DNA of 63,549 nucleotides, counting the filler, from Octopus bimaculoides (taxonomy: Eukaryota): assembly GCF_001194135.2 (NCBI RefSeq). It is 7 parts of 7 records of this genome, joined end to end, with 100 filler letters (N's around TTAATTAATTAA, not from the genome) between each part and the next. Parts side by side here need not be neighbours in the genome. Positions count along the whole stretch, not along the records: positions 22,677 to 45,738 come from NC_068991.1; positions 45,839 to 55,119 come from NC_068999.1; 5 more parts are not named here. The stretch is one strand, 5' to 3'. The notes beneath the pieces were generated by a model. That model saw only the letters and a list, made by a program, of their open reading frames with translations, made no database searches and had not been told where the DNA came from. Below are positions 39,735 to 53,603 of this stretch, in pieces (position 1 is the stretch's first letter; each line of letters begins with the position of its first letter). The translations under genes and the position numbers were made by a program.

Positions 39735-40170
39735 GTAGATGGAATGTGAGGAATGTGAATGGAATGTGAGGAATGTGAGGAATATGAATGGAATGTGAAT
39801 TGTATGTGAATGGAATGTGAGGAATGTGAATGGAATGTGAGGAATGTGAATGGATTCCTTCCTCCCTTCCTTCCCTTCATCTCTCATCCCCCTCTCTGGA
39901 ATGTTGAAGATACCTTCCTTGACTTATTCCCCGTTCGTGCTCAACTCTCGGAACTTTCCTGGAAGTAATTCACCCACTCCTCGTAACTTTTCAGGAAGTA
40001 ATTAATCTCCCTCCTCCCCTTCTCGGATCTTTCCAGGAAGTAGTTCACCCCTTACTCGGACTTTCCAGGATTGGAGGAATGTGAATGGAATATGCATAGA
40101 ATGTGAGGAATGTGAATGGAATGTGAATGGAGTGTGAGGAATGTGAATGGAATGTGAATGGAATATGAGG
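39735..40170. repeat. GAATGTGAATG/GAATGTGAG minisatellite arrays flanking ~4 copies of a CTTTCCAGGAAGTA unit
   Basis: Direct inspection. Confidence 0.85.
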
Positions 40171-42424
40171 AATTTTTTAGGGTGCGTAAAGAGGGAGAGA
40201 ACCCTCATCTGCAATTTTGATGAAATTCGAATCATAGGTATTGCAGTTCATTAGAGAAAATATAACAGAAAAGTCTAATTCTTCAATTGCATGTGACACG
40301 AGCAACGCCGGGTATCTCTGCTAGTATTCTATAGGCGCAGGCGTAGCCGTATGCTTAAGAAGCTTGCTTGTCAACCGTCAGGTCATGTGATCAGTCTATG
40401 TGGGTTGTTTTGCTGGTGTCTTCTGCTTTAGTCTCAGGCCGACCAAAGCCTTCTCAGTGCATTTGTCACGGAAACTGGAAAAAGCCTGACATATACGCGT
40501 GCGCACACACACACACATACACAGACAGGCAGACAGACAGACAGACAGACACACACACACACACATACAAACACAAGACTCTTGTCTTGAAATCATGTGA
40601 TGGTTGTAAGTGAGAATCAACGTTCCTTTCCGTTCTTCCGTGAAGAACATTTCTGGTCATGGAGAAATATTACTTTACTCGGAAGCAGGTGGGATATCCA
40701 TCCGTAGAAAATCTGCCTTAGCAAATGTCATCTGATTCATGCAAGTTTGGAAAAGTAGACGTTAAACAATGAGGATTAGGATGACTGATGATAAAAATAT
40801 TTATAACTGGTAATCTCCAAAATTTCTTTAGATCCCTTTTGGTTTATAATCATGTAAACGGTGCATGGAAAACATATGTTATATATATATATATGTGTGT
40901 GGATCACGGGCCTTACATACAAATTTCACTAGTTACACAAATCCAGGATTTAGAATTCACATAAAATACCCCGAATGGTAAAAAGATAATCTGTTTATAA
41001 TGAATAAAATATTTCCAATATTGCCATGTAACATCTGCTGAGATATTCTCTAATGCAAGAACAATGTACAGAGGCTGACTTTGCTGTGTACAATGAAGAC
41101 ATCGGAAAATGTGTTCAGCTTTTGCAGCACAAAATTTAATTGAATGTGACGTAGATTAGATAAGAAGCGGAATAATTTTTTTATGCTGAATTTACTTAAA
41201 TTACGATTAATCTTTCGTCCGATCTATCCTGGTGTGATGTTATTATCTTGGGAGCGTCTTTGGCCAATAAAAACACGACGCTATCATTGATCAGCAAACG
41301 TTTCAGCTGACATTAGCATAGAAAAACAGATATTCATATATGTGCAATAAATTGGCTTTCATTCTCAGTGGATCTCACGATTAGAAACTTACATCGTATC
41401 TAAAATAATATTGGGTCTAGTTTTAAATTCTCTAATGTAATCTATTTTTCTCTTACAAAAACAGCGCAATATTTACATATTGCCGAGGGGGAGGGATACG
41501 TAAACGAGACAACATGCTTTTGTAATAAAGTTCTTCGATCAGTCGATCCAATACGTACTGTATTGATAAGGAATTAAAATAAATAATTTTGCTTTCCAGA
41601 AAAGAAAAACAAACAATAAATATTATGCCTTCAAATAAATTGCCAAAATGTCTGATATTCTACATGTATATGGCATTAGTTTGCAGAGAAACAGAAATAC
41701 TAACACTCGCGAGCAAGTCTTGATTGCTTAAGCTGAATAATAAATGTTATTTGAAAGTATAGATTATTGTGTTTACTCTCCACAAGATATGGTTTTCTGG
41801 TCTTCCATGTATCTTGATGCTTTCAGCAAAATATTACGACTAAAACTGCAAATAGAAATTGTCAGTAATTTGTGTGAGAAGTGAGGCAATATCCATCAGA
41901 GAACATTTTACTTTGTAAACAAAAAAATATGGCGATGTCAAATGTTACATCTCTCCACTAGTGTCCCTATTTAATNNNNNNNNNNNNNNNNNNNNNNNNN
42001 NNNNNNNNNNNNNNNNNNNNNNNNNNNNNNNNNNNNNNNNNNNNNNNNNNNNNNNNNNNNNNNNNNNNNNNNNNNNNNNNNNNNNNNNNNNNNNNNNNNN
42101 NNNNNNNNNNNNNNNNNNNNNNNNNNNNNNNNNNNNNNNNNNNNNNNNNNNNNNNNNNNNNNNNNNNNNNNNNNNNNNNNNNNNNNNNNNNNNNNNNNNN
42201 NNNNNNNNNNNNNNNNNNNNNNNNNNNNNNNNNNNNNNNNNNNNNNNNNNNNNNNNNNNNNNNNNNNNNNNNNNNNNNNNNNNNNNNNNNNNNNNNNNNN
42301 NNNNNNNNNNNNNNNNNNNNNNNNNNNNNNNNNNNNNNNNNNNNNNNNNNNNNNNNNNNNNNNNNNNNNNNNNNNNNNNNNNNNNNNNNNNNNNNNNNNN
42401 NNNNNNNNNNNNNNNNNNNNNNNN

Positions 42425-42490
<66 letters not shown>

Positions 42491-43310
42491 TTTGGTACAG
42501 AGATTTGCAATCTTTGTTATATCACATATTGAAATTATTTTCCTATCCGCGTTATTTTATCATTATCGCCGACTACTTTCTCCCGCAGCTGTTGCCGCTA
42601 ACCCTTGCCTGATCAACTGACGCCATGTCCTGTCTGCTGCTCTACGACGTCAACGATACAATGAAGGAATTGATGTCGCTAAAGAAGCTAAACTATTTTA
42701 CCCTAGCGATGATTATAGTAACTTGTTTATAAATCCTGTCTATTTCTAGACCGTATATCTGAGAATGTGGAGACCAGTTAACCGATTATTAAATACATAT
42801 AACTCCAATATTCTGTGTCAAGTACTCCTTTCATTCGTTTGTTCACATACTCATATATATATATATGTTATATGTGCGTGTGTGTGTTTGTGTGTATGTG
42901 TGTGTGTATGATTGTTAAAGAGGACAACAAACGCTAAGGCAAGGAAAACATCTCAAGTCATATACATTATAATTATTGGAAGAAATTCAAAGTCTTACAG
43001 CTGTTCCTGTGATATTCCCGAGTATATATATATACATATATATATAACAGAGTAAGCACATAATCGTGGAACAAGGTGGGAAAAATAGTACTCAAAAGCC
43101 AGCATGTGATAAATCATATAGGTAACAACTAATACAAAATATATAAATATATACATATAAAATTATATTAAGGGCACTAATGAGTCGCGCCACATGTTAG
43201 AAATAGGCGCCAAATGGCTCTAAGAACTACATCATTTACCACATTAGCACGGGCTGAAAGCGAGGGAGATCAACAAAAAATATTTTTTTATATGTATGTA
43301 TGTATGTATG

Positions 43311-43359
<49 letters not shown>

Positions 43360-43528
43360 TCTCCATTCATACGCTGAAAAGTTGCAGTTTGTATGTGTGC
43401 CTATGCATGTATACATGTACATGTAGCGTATATATATTTACATATATGCTGTACTGATATATTTTTGTGTATATAGCTACATACAAACATAATTCACACT
43501 TGCATACACACATACATATTTTCATACA

Positions 43529-43559
<31 letters not shown>

Positions 43560-43710
43560 GCTTATGACCGCTCAGACTAATTTACCTTAATGATTAAAAT
43601 AGTAAAAAATATGTCGGTGAAGGCCCTGAGATGGAGTCGTCTTGTGCGTTTAGTGGCACCACCACCGCTACCACTCCCACAACTTCTTTTTCTTCTTCTT
43701 CTTCTTCGTA

Positions 43711-43750
<40 letters not shown>

Positions 43751-44134
43751 GCTGCTGATGCTGATGCTGCAAAATTAATGCTGACGATGTGGTGGAATAC
43801 TGCTATGATGAGAGTAGGTGGAAAATGGGAAGCGTCTGAGATGCGATTTTTCTCCGATGCCAATCATGCCTTTTACATTAGTTGCTGCCTTGGCATATTA
43901 AATCTTTTCTAAACCTACTTGAAACCCCACCCCCACTCTCTCTCACTTTTATCTCTCATTCTCTAATTCTACACTTTTGTCTTTTTTCTCTTTTGTTCTA
44001 AAATGTATTCTTTGTCATTAAATTCCTCATGGACATTCTTACACTCTAGCTGAAATTCTCTTCTTAACCCTTTACCTTCTTTCTCTCCGTCCGATGTTTC
44101 CCCTCTGATGTATGCCCGCCTGTTTATCTATCAG

Positions 44135-44187
<53 letters not shown>

Positions 44188-44188
<1 letters not shown>

Positions 44189-45500
44189 GTACCTTGTCCC
44201 GACCTTACCATTACAAAACTGGAACGCATACTCTTTCGTTTTATGGAGGGGTAGGCATGCCGTGATTGATGATGCGCAGACATGAGCTGAGACTGCGACA
44301 TCTCCGGCGCTTCATAGACGACAGTGAACAGGTGTAGTCATCGTCTGAGCCGCGGCTTTCCCGCAACTCGTCTCTTTGGCCGAACTGTAGTCGTAGATCA
44401 AACAGAGACCGAGACTAGGCGAATGGCACCGTGAGTGCCGCCTTGCTCTCAAGCAACTCTTCCGTCCGGGAGCAAATGTATGCGACTTCAATTCTACGAA
44501 GGCGTGTTATAGAAGATTAGTGGAGGAGAGGTGCGACGACGTTCACGGGGAGGATCTGGGCGTCGACGAGAAACACCTGACTCGCCTGTTCAGGAAATTT
44601 TCGGGCCGAGACCTATGAACAATCACCAGAGATCCCTAGCCTGGCAGTGCNNNNNNNNNNNNNNNNNNNNNNNNNNNNNNNNNNNNNNNNNNNNNNNNNN
44701 NNNNNNNNNNNNNNNNNNNNNNNNNNNNNNNNNNNNNNNNNNNNNNNNNNNNNNNNNNNNNNNNNNNNNNNNNNNNNNNNNNNNNNNNNNNNNNNNNNNN
44801 NNNNNNNNNNNNNNNNNNNNNNNNNNNNNNNNNNNNNNNNNNNNNNNNNNNNNNNNNNNNNNNNNNNNNNNNNNNNNNNNNNNNNNNNNTGCTGTCATGT
44901 GTGAGACGAATTCGGTTGTCGGCCGATTCTATTATGAAAATTGCTCCACCACCTTCTCTTAACCGGGAAGACAAGGCAGATTTCATCGTACTGGTGGCCA
45001 TGGTGAAAGAATGTGTATGGTGGACTCGAGTGGAAGGTTTAGAGGCAAGCTCTTTCCTCTCTGGCCAATCGCTCAACAACTTTTCCAAGCATCACTTGAA
45101 AAGGAAGGTGAGAATAGAGAGGCAAGTTTTGTCTTGTGAAAATTTCAATAAAAGGTGGATGAATGTAGCAAAGATGGTACGCGCGAATGACGAAACCACT
45201 TTGAGCATGATCCTGTAAATCCATATGTTTTTTCCCTCCCTGCTTGAGGTTACCGTGGTCTTTTCCGTAGGTTTTTCTTTCCACGGATAAACCTAATTTG
45301 TTTTTTCACATTTTTACTCTGTTCTGTGATACAGGATCCCTTTTGATCGGATTTTGTTTTTTTACACGATCCCTTTTGATCGAAATGTTTTCCTCCCTTT
45401 TTTTCTATTTTCTTCTTCTTTTTTTCTTTTCGAAAAGAAAAGCTCTACATTGTATTTTGTCTCCTCTGTGTTCGGCCCTGTGTGGCTGATAAAGAAAGAT
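44188..45500 (+). mobile_element. 5'-truncated Tx1/L1-like LINE (end of ORF2 and 3' UTR)
   Basis: LERILFRF..., LMRRHELRLRHLRRF..., ECVWWTR...HHLKRKVRIER...FNKRW resemble the L1/Tx1 ORF2 C-terminus; ends in a (TATC)n tail. Confidence 0.65.
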
Positions 45501-45521
45501 ATCTATCCATCTATCCATCTA

Positions 45522-45559
<38 letters not shown>

Positions 45560-45661
45560 CATCCGTCTGTCTGCCTATCTGTCCGTTTGTCTTATCTATC
45601 TGTCTGTCCATCCGTCTGTCTATCTGTCTATCTGTCCATCCGTTTGTCTATTTATCTGTCC

Positions 45662-45713
<52 letters not shown>

Positions 45714-46038
45714 GTCTGTCTGTCTGTCTGTCTGTCTGNNNNNNNNNNNNNNNNNNNNNNNNNNNNNNNNNNNNNNNNNNNNTTAATTAATTAANNNNNN
45801 NNNNNNNNNNNNNNNNNNNNNNNNNNNNNNNNNNNNNNAGAAACAAGATAAATAATAGAGGGCAGACTAAAGCGCGAAGGTATGAGATATTTGAGGCCGT
45901 AAATAAATAAAAAGCTCTATCTTATCTGCATCTTGGAGACTTCGTCGTAGTATGTCAGTGGAGAAGAGATTGAGATAATTTAGAATGGATTTCTCATTTA
46001 TATATAGCCAGAACCTGAAGACCTTAAGGAAAAACTAC

Positions 46039-46075
<37 letters not shown>

Positions 46076-46132
46076 GGACTGATTTAGAGAGGATGGAGGG
46101 GTAGACAGAGGCATAGCGGGAGAAAAGATCAT

Positions 46133-46163
<31 letters not shown>

Positions 46164-46377
46164 AAGAGAGAGAGAGCGGGGGACCAGTCAAGCAGCACAT
46201 CACGCTGTAATTCTTGGATATATATATATATATACACACACACGTCTATGTATATATACATACATCTATTTATATATCTATGTATATAGCCATCTATATG
46301 TTTATATATATATATGTGTGTGAGTGTGTATATATGTATATGTTCAGCTATGTATGTATATATACATATATACACCT

Positions 46378-46790
46378 ATGTATCCTCATTGTTTAACGCC
46401 TGCTAGCATGGGTTGGACAATTTGACTGAGGACTGGCAAACCAGATGGCTGCACCAGGCTCCAATCTGATCTGGCAGAGTTTCTACAGCTGGATGCCCTT
46501 CCTAACGCCAACCACTCCGAGAGTATAGTGGGTGCTTTTACGTCGAGGTCGACTTTGCCTTTCATCCTTTCAGGGTCGATAAATTAAGTACCAGTTATGC
46601 ACTGGGGTCGATGTAATCGACTTAATCCCTTTGTCTGTCCTTGTTTGTCCCCTCTATGTTTAGCCCCTTGTGGGCAATAAATAAATGAGAAACGTTATCG
46701 CGCCGGGCAAAATGCTTAATGGTATTTCGTCTCTCTTTACATTTTTGAGTTCAAATTTCGCCGAGGTCAACTTTGACGTACAGATTATTT
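46378..46790. mobile_element. Family C fragment (-) fused to family B pieces (+)
   Basis: Similarity to other copies in the window. Confidence 0.75.
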
Positions 46791-47931
46791 AATTAATTTT
46801 TTTTAACTAAACACTTTCAAGCTTCCAATACTGGTAGAATGTGTCACATAGAACAGGATTTACTCTTAACATTTTGGACAAAATTTTGTATTTTAGAAGT
46901 TATTTCATCAGATGTTACAGAGTGACAATGGACAAATTCGTGTTTGATAAGTGCCAATACATGAAACTCTCAGCTTTTGACTTATTCTCTAACTTCTGCC
47001 AATGATATATATACATATTACATATATATGTGAAAAAATCTCATCACACAATCAAACCAATGAAAGAGCCTCTACCTGGTTGCTCAACACGCTAAAAATA
47101 GCAGCCAAAGTATTTCCCTTCTTAAATCACATGCCCATTGTATTTAATGTCCTAGATTATCCCTAAAAAGACGGTTTGCTGAAGGCTGGAATGTTTTTGA
47201 TTATACGTTTGCAGTATCAGGGTTGATTTGAGGCTAAATAACAATGACTTTATGGTAAATTTCTATATTAACACCCGCACAATTTTCACTAAGAAAAAAA
47301 AAATTGATTTTTTGCGTGGAATCAAGTACCCTGACCTGGAAATCTTTTTTTCCGTTGAATGAATTCCTGTGACCTCCTAATATTGCAAAATTAGGTTACT
47401 TAAGGTGAGCCTGGTAACTGATGGTTTTGGGGTCTTGTTTGTAATTTTTGGTGAGCCATGGTGCAACCAACAAGAGGGTAAAAATCCCTGCCATTAATTT
47501 GGTGTGGATGGGTAATATAAAATAATTCAATCACAACATATATTTAAGTTAAACACAAAAAAAATTGAAATATTATCATCACTTACATGGAAAAATTGAA
47601 ATATTACCTTTCAGTATTTTATAAGGTAAAATCTTAAATTATCAATTATTTCATAAAAGCAATGCCTGGAAAAATCATGGATTACATGGAAAAATGCGAG
47701 CATGAAAAGTCATATTCTTAAGATTATAAACCTGGAAAAGTACAGGACAATTTATTACACCTGTAAAAGTATAGGACAAGCTATTACTTCTAATAAAATA
47801 AAGAATAAGAAATTTTTTACTTAAAATATTGCAACTAAAATTAAAATTTGAATATTAAAACTTATTTTATTATAGTTTACAAATAACACTATACTTATTT
47901 AAATAGAATTTGGCTAATTTCAGTTATCTTT

Positions 47932-47966
<35 letters not shown>

Positions 47967-48653
47967 CAGCACCATTGCTCTCTCTATCTCTTCACACACA
48001 CTAACAAAACAACTTCACATACACACCACACTTTCTGTCTCCCACACCCCATCAAACACACACACGCATCAATTCTTTCCCTTCACGCCGACTTCAAAAG
48101 ATCCCCTCCCCACACATATGTAAAAACAAAAATTTATTTTACGGAAAGCGACGATCTTGTTCAGAAACATAAACAAATGCACATGGTTTAAGAAGTGATA
48201 TAAACTGTTCTCAAATCGAAAGATCGCCAAATTCTAAATAATCTAATACAATCACATATTAAACAGTAATATAAAATAATTCAAGATCATAACAATAATT
48301 CAACAATATAACAATAATCAACGATAACCCAAAAATGAGCAAAATTGAACTATCACAGCACAAAAAATGCACAGAACTATACCAAAATGGACAGCAACAC
48401 GAACACAAAAATGGACAACTAAAACAATAAATTGCACCAAAAATATCTCCAGTTACAAATGAGTTGGCTGCAAGTAACACGCAAAAAAATTTCCATGACC
48501 TCCACACAAACTAAAACTAGCAAAAGTTTGATATAAAGTGGTACGCTAAACTCAAAGATCCTTCTCTTGCTTTACTGCTTAATAACTTGCATTTCAGAGA
48601 ATTACAAAGGAAGGGAGGTAATCAATAGACCCAATGTAAATCTGTAAACAAAG

Positions 48654-48684
48654 ATGGCAACTGATTGCGATAACATAGTTGATG
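48654..48684 (+). CDS. Putative first coding exon (MATDCDNIVD, phase 1) of an unidentified gene
   Basis: aaacaaagATGGCA start context, 31 nt, then a GTAAGT donor. Its phase matches the exon at 53604. Confidence 0.6.
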
Positions 48685-49734
48685 GTAAGTAGGGACTTTA
48701 ATCACATTATCATTGCTAATACCCAGGTAGATAGACACTTATATATGGGTTTAAAACTATGCAGAATTTTTAACCTCTAATCGGAATCCAGTTATTTTCT
48801 TTATGTATATATATATTTGCTGTTTTTACTCTATACTTCATTTGTTAACCTAAGTGACACGTGGTTAACTTTGATATTTTGTATGATTTAGTGATTGTAG
48901 TCGCTAATATCTCAGTTAATTTGAGTTCGTGCTGGCTGATATTTCAATAATTCATCGTTCATGTTAATATGCCTATTAATCTAATTACTATCTTACATTC
49001 ATCACGTCAAATTTAAAATATAGGTTGTTACTAATATCAACACAGCGCTAGGCGAACAATAATTAAAACTTCAGTACTAAACGTTAATTATCGTCTTAAA
49101 ATCCTTCAAGTATATAACCTTAAATGAAACGTCCTGGTTTCCTCTTGATTTAGGAAACCATATCCGAGAAGACTGTCTCCTATATGTCTCCACCGTTCGC
49201 GATCGCGCATTTTATTCTTCATATTCGTTCCCAGCAAGTTGTTTTACACCTGTTAGACTAGTTTTTTAAAACTTTTGTCACCGGGTCAAACGTTTACGCT
49301 TGGCTGATACAAGCGCATGAATGGAACACCCAAAACGGACTTCAGTCGTAACTATATATTGGTGTTCTTCTCCCACTCCATTTTTTGTTTCCACTTAATT
49401 TTCTGAAAAATGGATATAAATATTTGGTTAATGGGTAATCCTTCGTTTTAACTCGACACAACCAAAACAAAAAGTCATCAGCCCCTCTGGACTTTGTTTC
49501 CTCATAACTCTCTTTAAAGTGCATATTTTCGAGAATGTATATTACATAATGCTGATGTTTGAAACATTTAAGGCGAAGGTAAAGAATAATACGCAACACG
49601 CGGTGTTTAGGGTTAGGGTCTTTGTTACACCGAAAACGGGTGGTGTGCGTATTCTTTAACAACGCCACATTTAAATTTGAAATTTTAAAAAAAAAGGCAA
49701 CCAATCGTTTTTGGTCTTAGAACTGTCAATTTCA

Positions 49735-50158
49735 TTCGTTAATTTCCGTGAATTTTTATTTATTTACTTTTGGTTTCATGATGTGTCGAAGGCGACATTT
49801 TCTTTGAAGTTGGAAAGTGAAAGAGGAAAAAGAAGGGGATGTATGTACGTGTCTATGAAAGATAATGGGTGTCCGTTTGTGTGTATTTATGTATGTCTGT
49901 GTAATATGAAAAATAATGGGTGTGGTGTGTGTATTTATGTATGTACGTGTGTATGAAAGCTAATGAGTGTACGTGTGTGTGTAGCTTTATGTATTTGTAT
50001 TCACACAGATACGTATACTCATTATCTTTCATAGACATGTACATACACGTGCGCGCAGGCGCTCCCTCTCACTTTCCAACTTCAAAGCAAATGTTGCCTT
50101 CGACACATCATGAAACCAAAAGTAAATAAATAAATAAAATTTCACGGAAACTAACGAA
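49735..50158. repeat. ~90-bp inverted duplication (49735-49826 / 50066-50158)
   Basis: CACTTTCCAACTTCAAAG...CGACACATCATGAAACCAAAAGTAAATAAAT present in both orientations, ~90% identical. Confidence 0.9.
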
Positions 50159-51009
50159 CAGCTGCGAAGATTTGACAATTCTGAGTAATTACCTAAAAAA
50201 GAAGTGAAACTGGTGATAACTGTCGATTAGAGATGCGGAGAACTATCTGGAATGCTTCAAAAAATGTCTTTGAATTTTATCGATATAACTGTGATATACA
50301 CCCTTAAAAACGTATTTAAGCAAAATTTCATTGAAAAATATGCATTTTTCTGAAAGTTAAGAAGAAACCAAGTCGGAGTGGGGAGCCACCTATGTGTAGT
50401 TATACTTGATTTCATACAAAGTAATAACTATCACAATATTCCTTTTTCTAATTCATAGGATCCACGTGTTCTTTGAAAAGTTCAATACAGAAAAGAAACA
50501 AATTTAGAACTAGTAGCTCAGTGAGTGTATACTACCCTCAAGAGTAACAGTTGAAGTCAATCACTATAACTAAGTAACGACTTCACCACTTGCCTCTATG
50601 GTGGGTTTATCTGTTATTGTGCCCAGGATCTATGAATAATCTTAGGATGAAAACTTTTAGAAGATTCCATGCCAAGACAACTATCAATTCCCATACACAA
50701 CCATCTTAAAAAAAGAGCATTGTATTATGAGGTATGCCTTAAAAAATGCATGATGGTCGTGCCAGGTCCTCTTTTGATCATAGGTTTCCTTCACCAGAAC
50801 TGACTTGGAGTTCAACAATAACGACTACATTTGTCTGAACACAGGACGATTCCACTTTGTTTTTACCTCCGGCCAGTAAAGGAGCGTCTTTGCATTTTCT
50901 TAATCTATAAGAAATAGCAACCAAATCTCCCTCAAATCCCCTACACTGCCATCTTAAATAAGGACACACTAGACACACTATATCTAAATCTAAAAAGGAT
51001 GGGATGGTC

Positions 51010-51320
51010 ATCATCATCATCATCGTTTAACGTCCGCTGTCCATGCTAGCATGGGTTGGACAATTTGACTGAGGACTGGTGAACCAGATGGCTACACCAG
51101 GCTCCAATCTGATTTGGCAGAGTTTCTACAGCTGGATGCTCTTCCTAACACCAACCACTCCGAGAGTGTAGTGGGTGCCTTTATGTGCCACCGGCACGAG
51201 GGCCAGTCAGGAGGTACTGGCAACAGCCACGCTCGAAATGGTGTATTTTACCTGCCACCTGCACAGGAGCCAGTCCAGTGGTACTGGCAACAAACTCGCT
51301 TGAATGTCTTTTCATGTGCC
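51010..51320 (-). mobile_element. Family C retroposon 3' end
   Basis: Reverse complement of the 21960-22178 sequence with (CAT)n. Confidence 0.8.
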
Positions 51321-52565
51321 AATCAACTCAACCAGGGCTAAACAACAACTATTGAAAGCATTAATGCTTGAGTCAAGAACATAAGAATTGGGGAAGTTTC
51401 AGGCTTCAAACTCAAATAGGCAGTAGAGATATCAACATACAATTTAGTTGTGAGTCGTCCAACCTCTCTTCAGGCCCTTCCTCATTTCATTATCACATAC
51501 ACCCTCATACCCACATATAACTTCAGTGATATCTCCCACACTCTTCAATAGTTTTGTACCTCACCCTCTCTAGTCATAGATAATACTCAACTAAAACCAT
51601 TAAAGTTACCATGAATACTGTATCACAATGAGTAAGATTCCTCTTTAGGATCTAGTAATACTTCTGCTCTCATATTTGGGACAGTGTTGTTATTGCTATA
51701 CAAATACCTGTTATAGCCAGCTAAAAAAAAAGCCATCCAACTGATTAGTAAAGATTTATTCATCAAGGCTTCGCTAGCTGAGAGACACTTTCTGGTTTCT
51801 ATTTTTTCTTTGTTCTAAACTGACTTTTTCTTTGAACCAACTAGCTTCATACCTTATCCATCCAGATTCACATTCTCTCTCTCTCTCTATCTCTCTCTCT
51901 CATTAGATTTCACACTTAACTCCTTGCCCTGTCCATTCTTCTCAGAATTTTAGTCCTCCAGAATCACCACCTCTATTTTTCTGCATGCATCAATTACACA
52001 AAACGCAAACCAATGAACTGCATCTGTCTGGCCAACCTGAGAAAGCCTGCAAAAGTAATATGGAATAGCTGACCGTCTGCTTGCCCCAGCTTTTCTGACT
52101 GATAAGAACAGTTTCCGATACTACTTTATCACAGAGTTGTTAGCAATAAGAAAAACTAGCATCTGTTAAAACAGTTGCTCTAACAACAAAACAAAAAGCT
52201 TTTTCACTCATGCAGAATGGATATAACAGAGAAACGTTTTAAATTGAGCCCAGTCTAAATATAACAGGTTCATATTTTATTAATCCTGTTAGGATGAAAG
52301 ATGAAATCACCTTTGGATTCATGACCGTGTAACTATATATGCCATAAGTCACCTGCTTCGAATCACTACCATTATTGCCATTTGTCAATAGCTGTCACCA
52401 TTCATGTAGATTATCAAATATTAATTAGTGAAATTACAAATTAAGTGCTCTTCTACAATACGACCTCACCACCACCACCATAGGTTTTTGAAGCAAGCAC
52501 ATTCTTTTCATGTGTAAAGTATGTATTTCAATACTTCATCATTGACAATGTTTTCATGATGATAT

Positions 52566-52990
52566 TGATTTCAAATTTTGGCACAAGGCCAGCAATTTAG
52601 TGGGAGGGGGTAAGTCAATTACAGCAACCCCAGTGTGCAACTGGTACTTATTGAACCCGAAAGGATGAAAGGCAAAGTCGACCTTGGCAGAATTTGAACT
52701 CAGAACATAAGGGCAGATGAAATTCCGCTAAGTATTTTGCCCAGTGTGCTAATGATTCTGCCAGCTCACCTTGTTTCCATGGTAATATTGTTCACCATTA
52801 AAGCAGAATTGTTAGTATGCCACACAAAATGCTTAGTGGCATTTCTTTTGACTCTTTATATTCTGAGTTCAAATGCCACTGAAGTTATCTGGGCTTGTCA
52901 TCCTTTCAGGGTCAATAAAATAATCACCAGTAGAGCACTGGGGATCAATATAATTGACTTACCCAACTCCCTTTAAAATTGCTAGCATTA
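52566..52990. mobile_element. Two family B SINEs in divergent head-to-head orientation
   Basis: Minus copy 52566-52770, plus copy ~52800-52990. Confidence 0.75.
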
Positions 52991-53603
52991 TGCCAACATT
53001 TTAATATCATTCACCATTGGTTTGACTGATCTACCATTTCTCGAGTTGCTATTACTATTAATTTCTTCAGCCAATTCTAACTCTACTTTATTAGACTATA
53101 TGATTTTTTCTAGATTTTAGACTTCTTTAACTGTTGCTGTTATCTGCCACCTGACAACATTTCTTCACCTTATTTCCAGTGTTCATTCTTAATTCTTGCT
53201 CTCACAAGTGCCCTAAACCAATTTCTGAACTTACCATCTTAAATAGCACACATAGAAAAAAAATTTTTAATATAACTAGTCATGTTATGCTGGATATCAT
53301 CAGGGAACTGTTGAATTCCCTATAGTTACTTATTACATGTGGATCTCAGGCAATTATTTACCTCAAATAAATCACGTTTACTATCAATAACATACTGAAA
53401 AATACTAATATTCATTCCATCAGTTATCAGGGTCACCTTCATAATTTACCCTCTTTGTTTATTGAGTTGTGCAGAAAGTTAGATATCTTCCTTTTGTAAT
53501 ATTTCTCACCTTTATTGTAATATGAGTATAATTTTAATAGCAACCTTCGATGTTCTGTCCTTTTAGGAACTTTATTTTAATATTCCTTTTATTTTTCTTT
53601 CAG

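Larger units (their letters stand above)
37225..41975. repeat. ~700-bp inverted duplication (37225-37915 / 41270-41975)
   Basis: Outer ~380 bp are near-identical (one clear mismatch seen); inner ~310 bp about 80% by eye. Confidence 0.9.

Noticed and set aside
48259-48507. Cys-rich hydrophobic 82-aa minus ORF near the 48654 start
   Set aside because: T/G-biased composition explains the residues; more likely UTR or promoter-flanking sequence.
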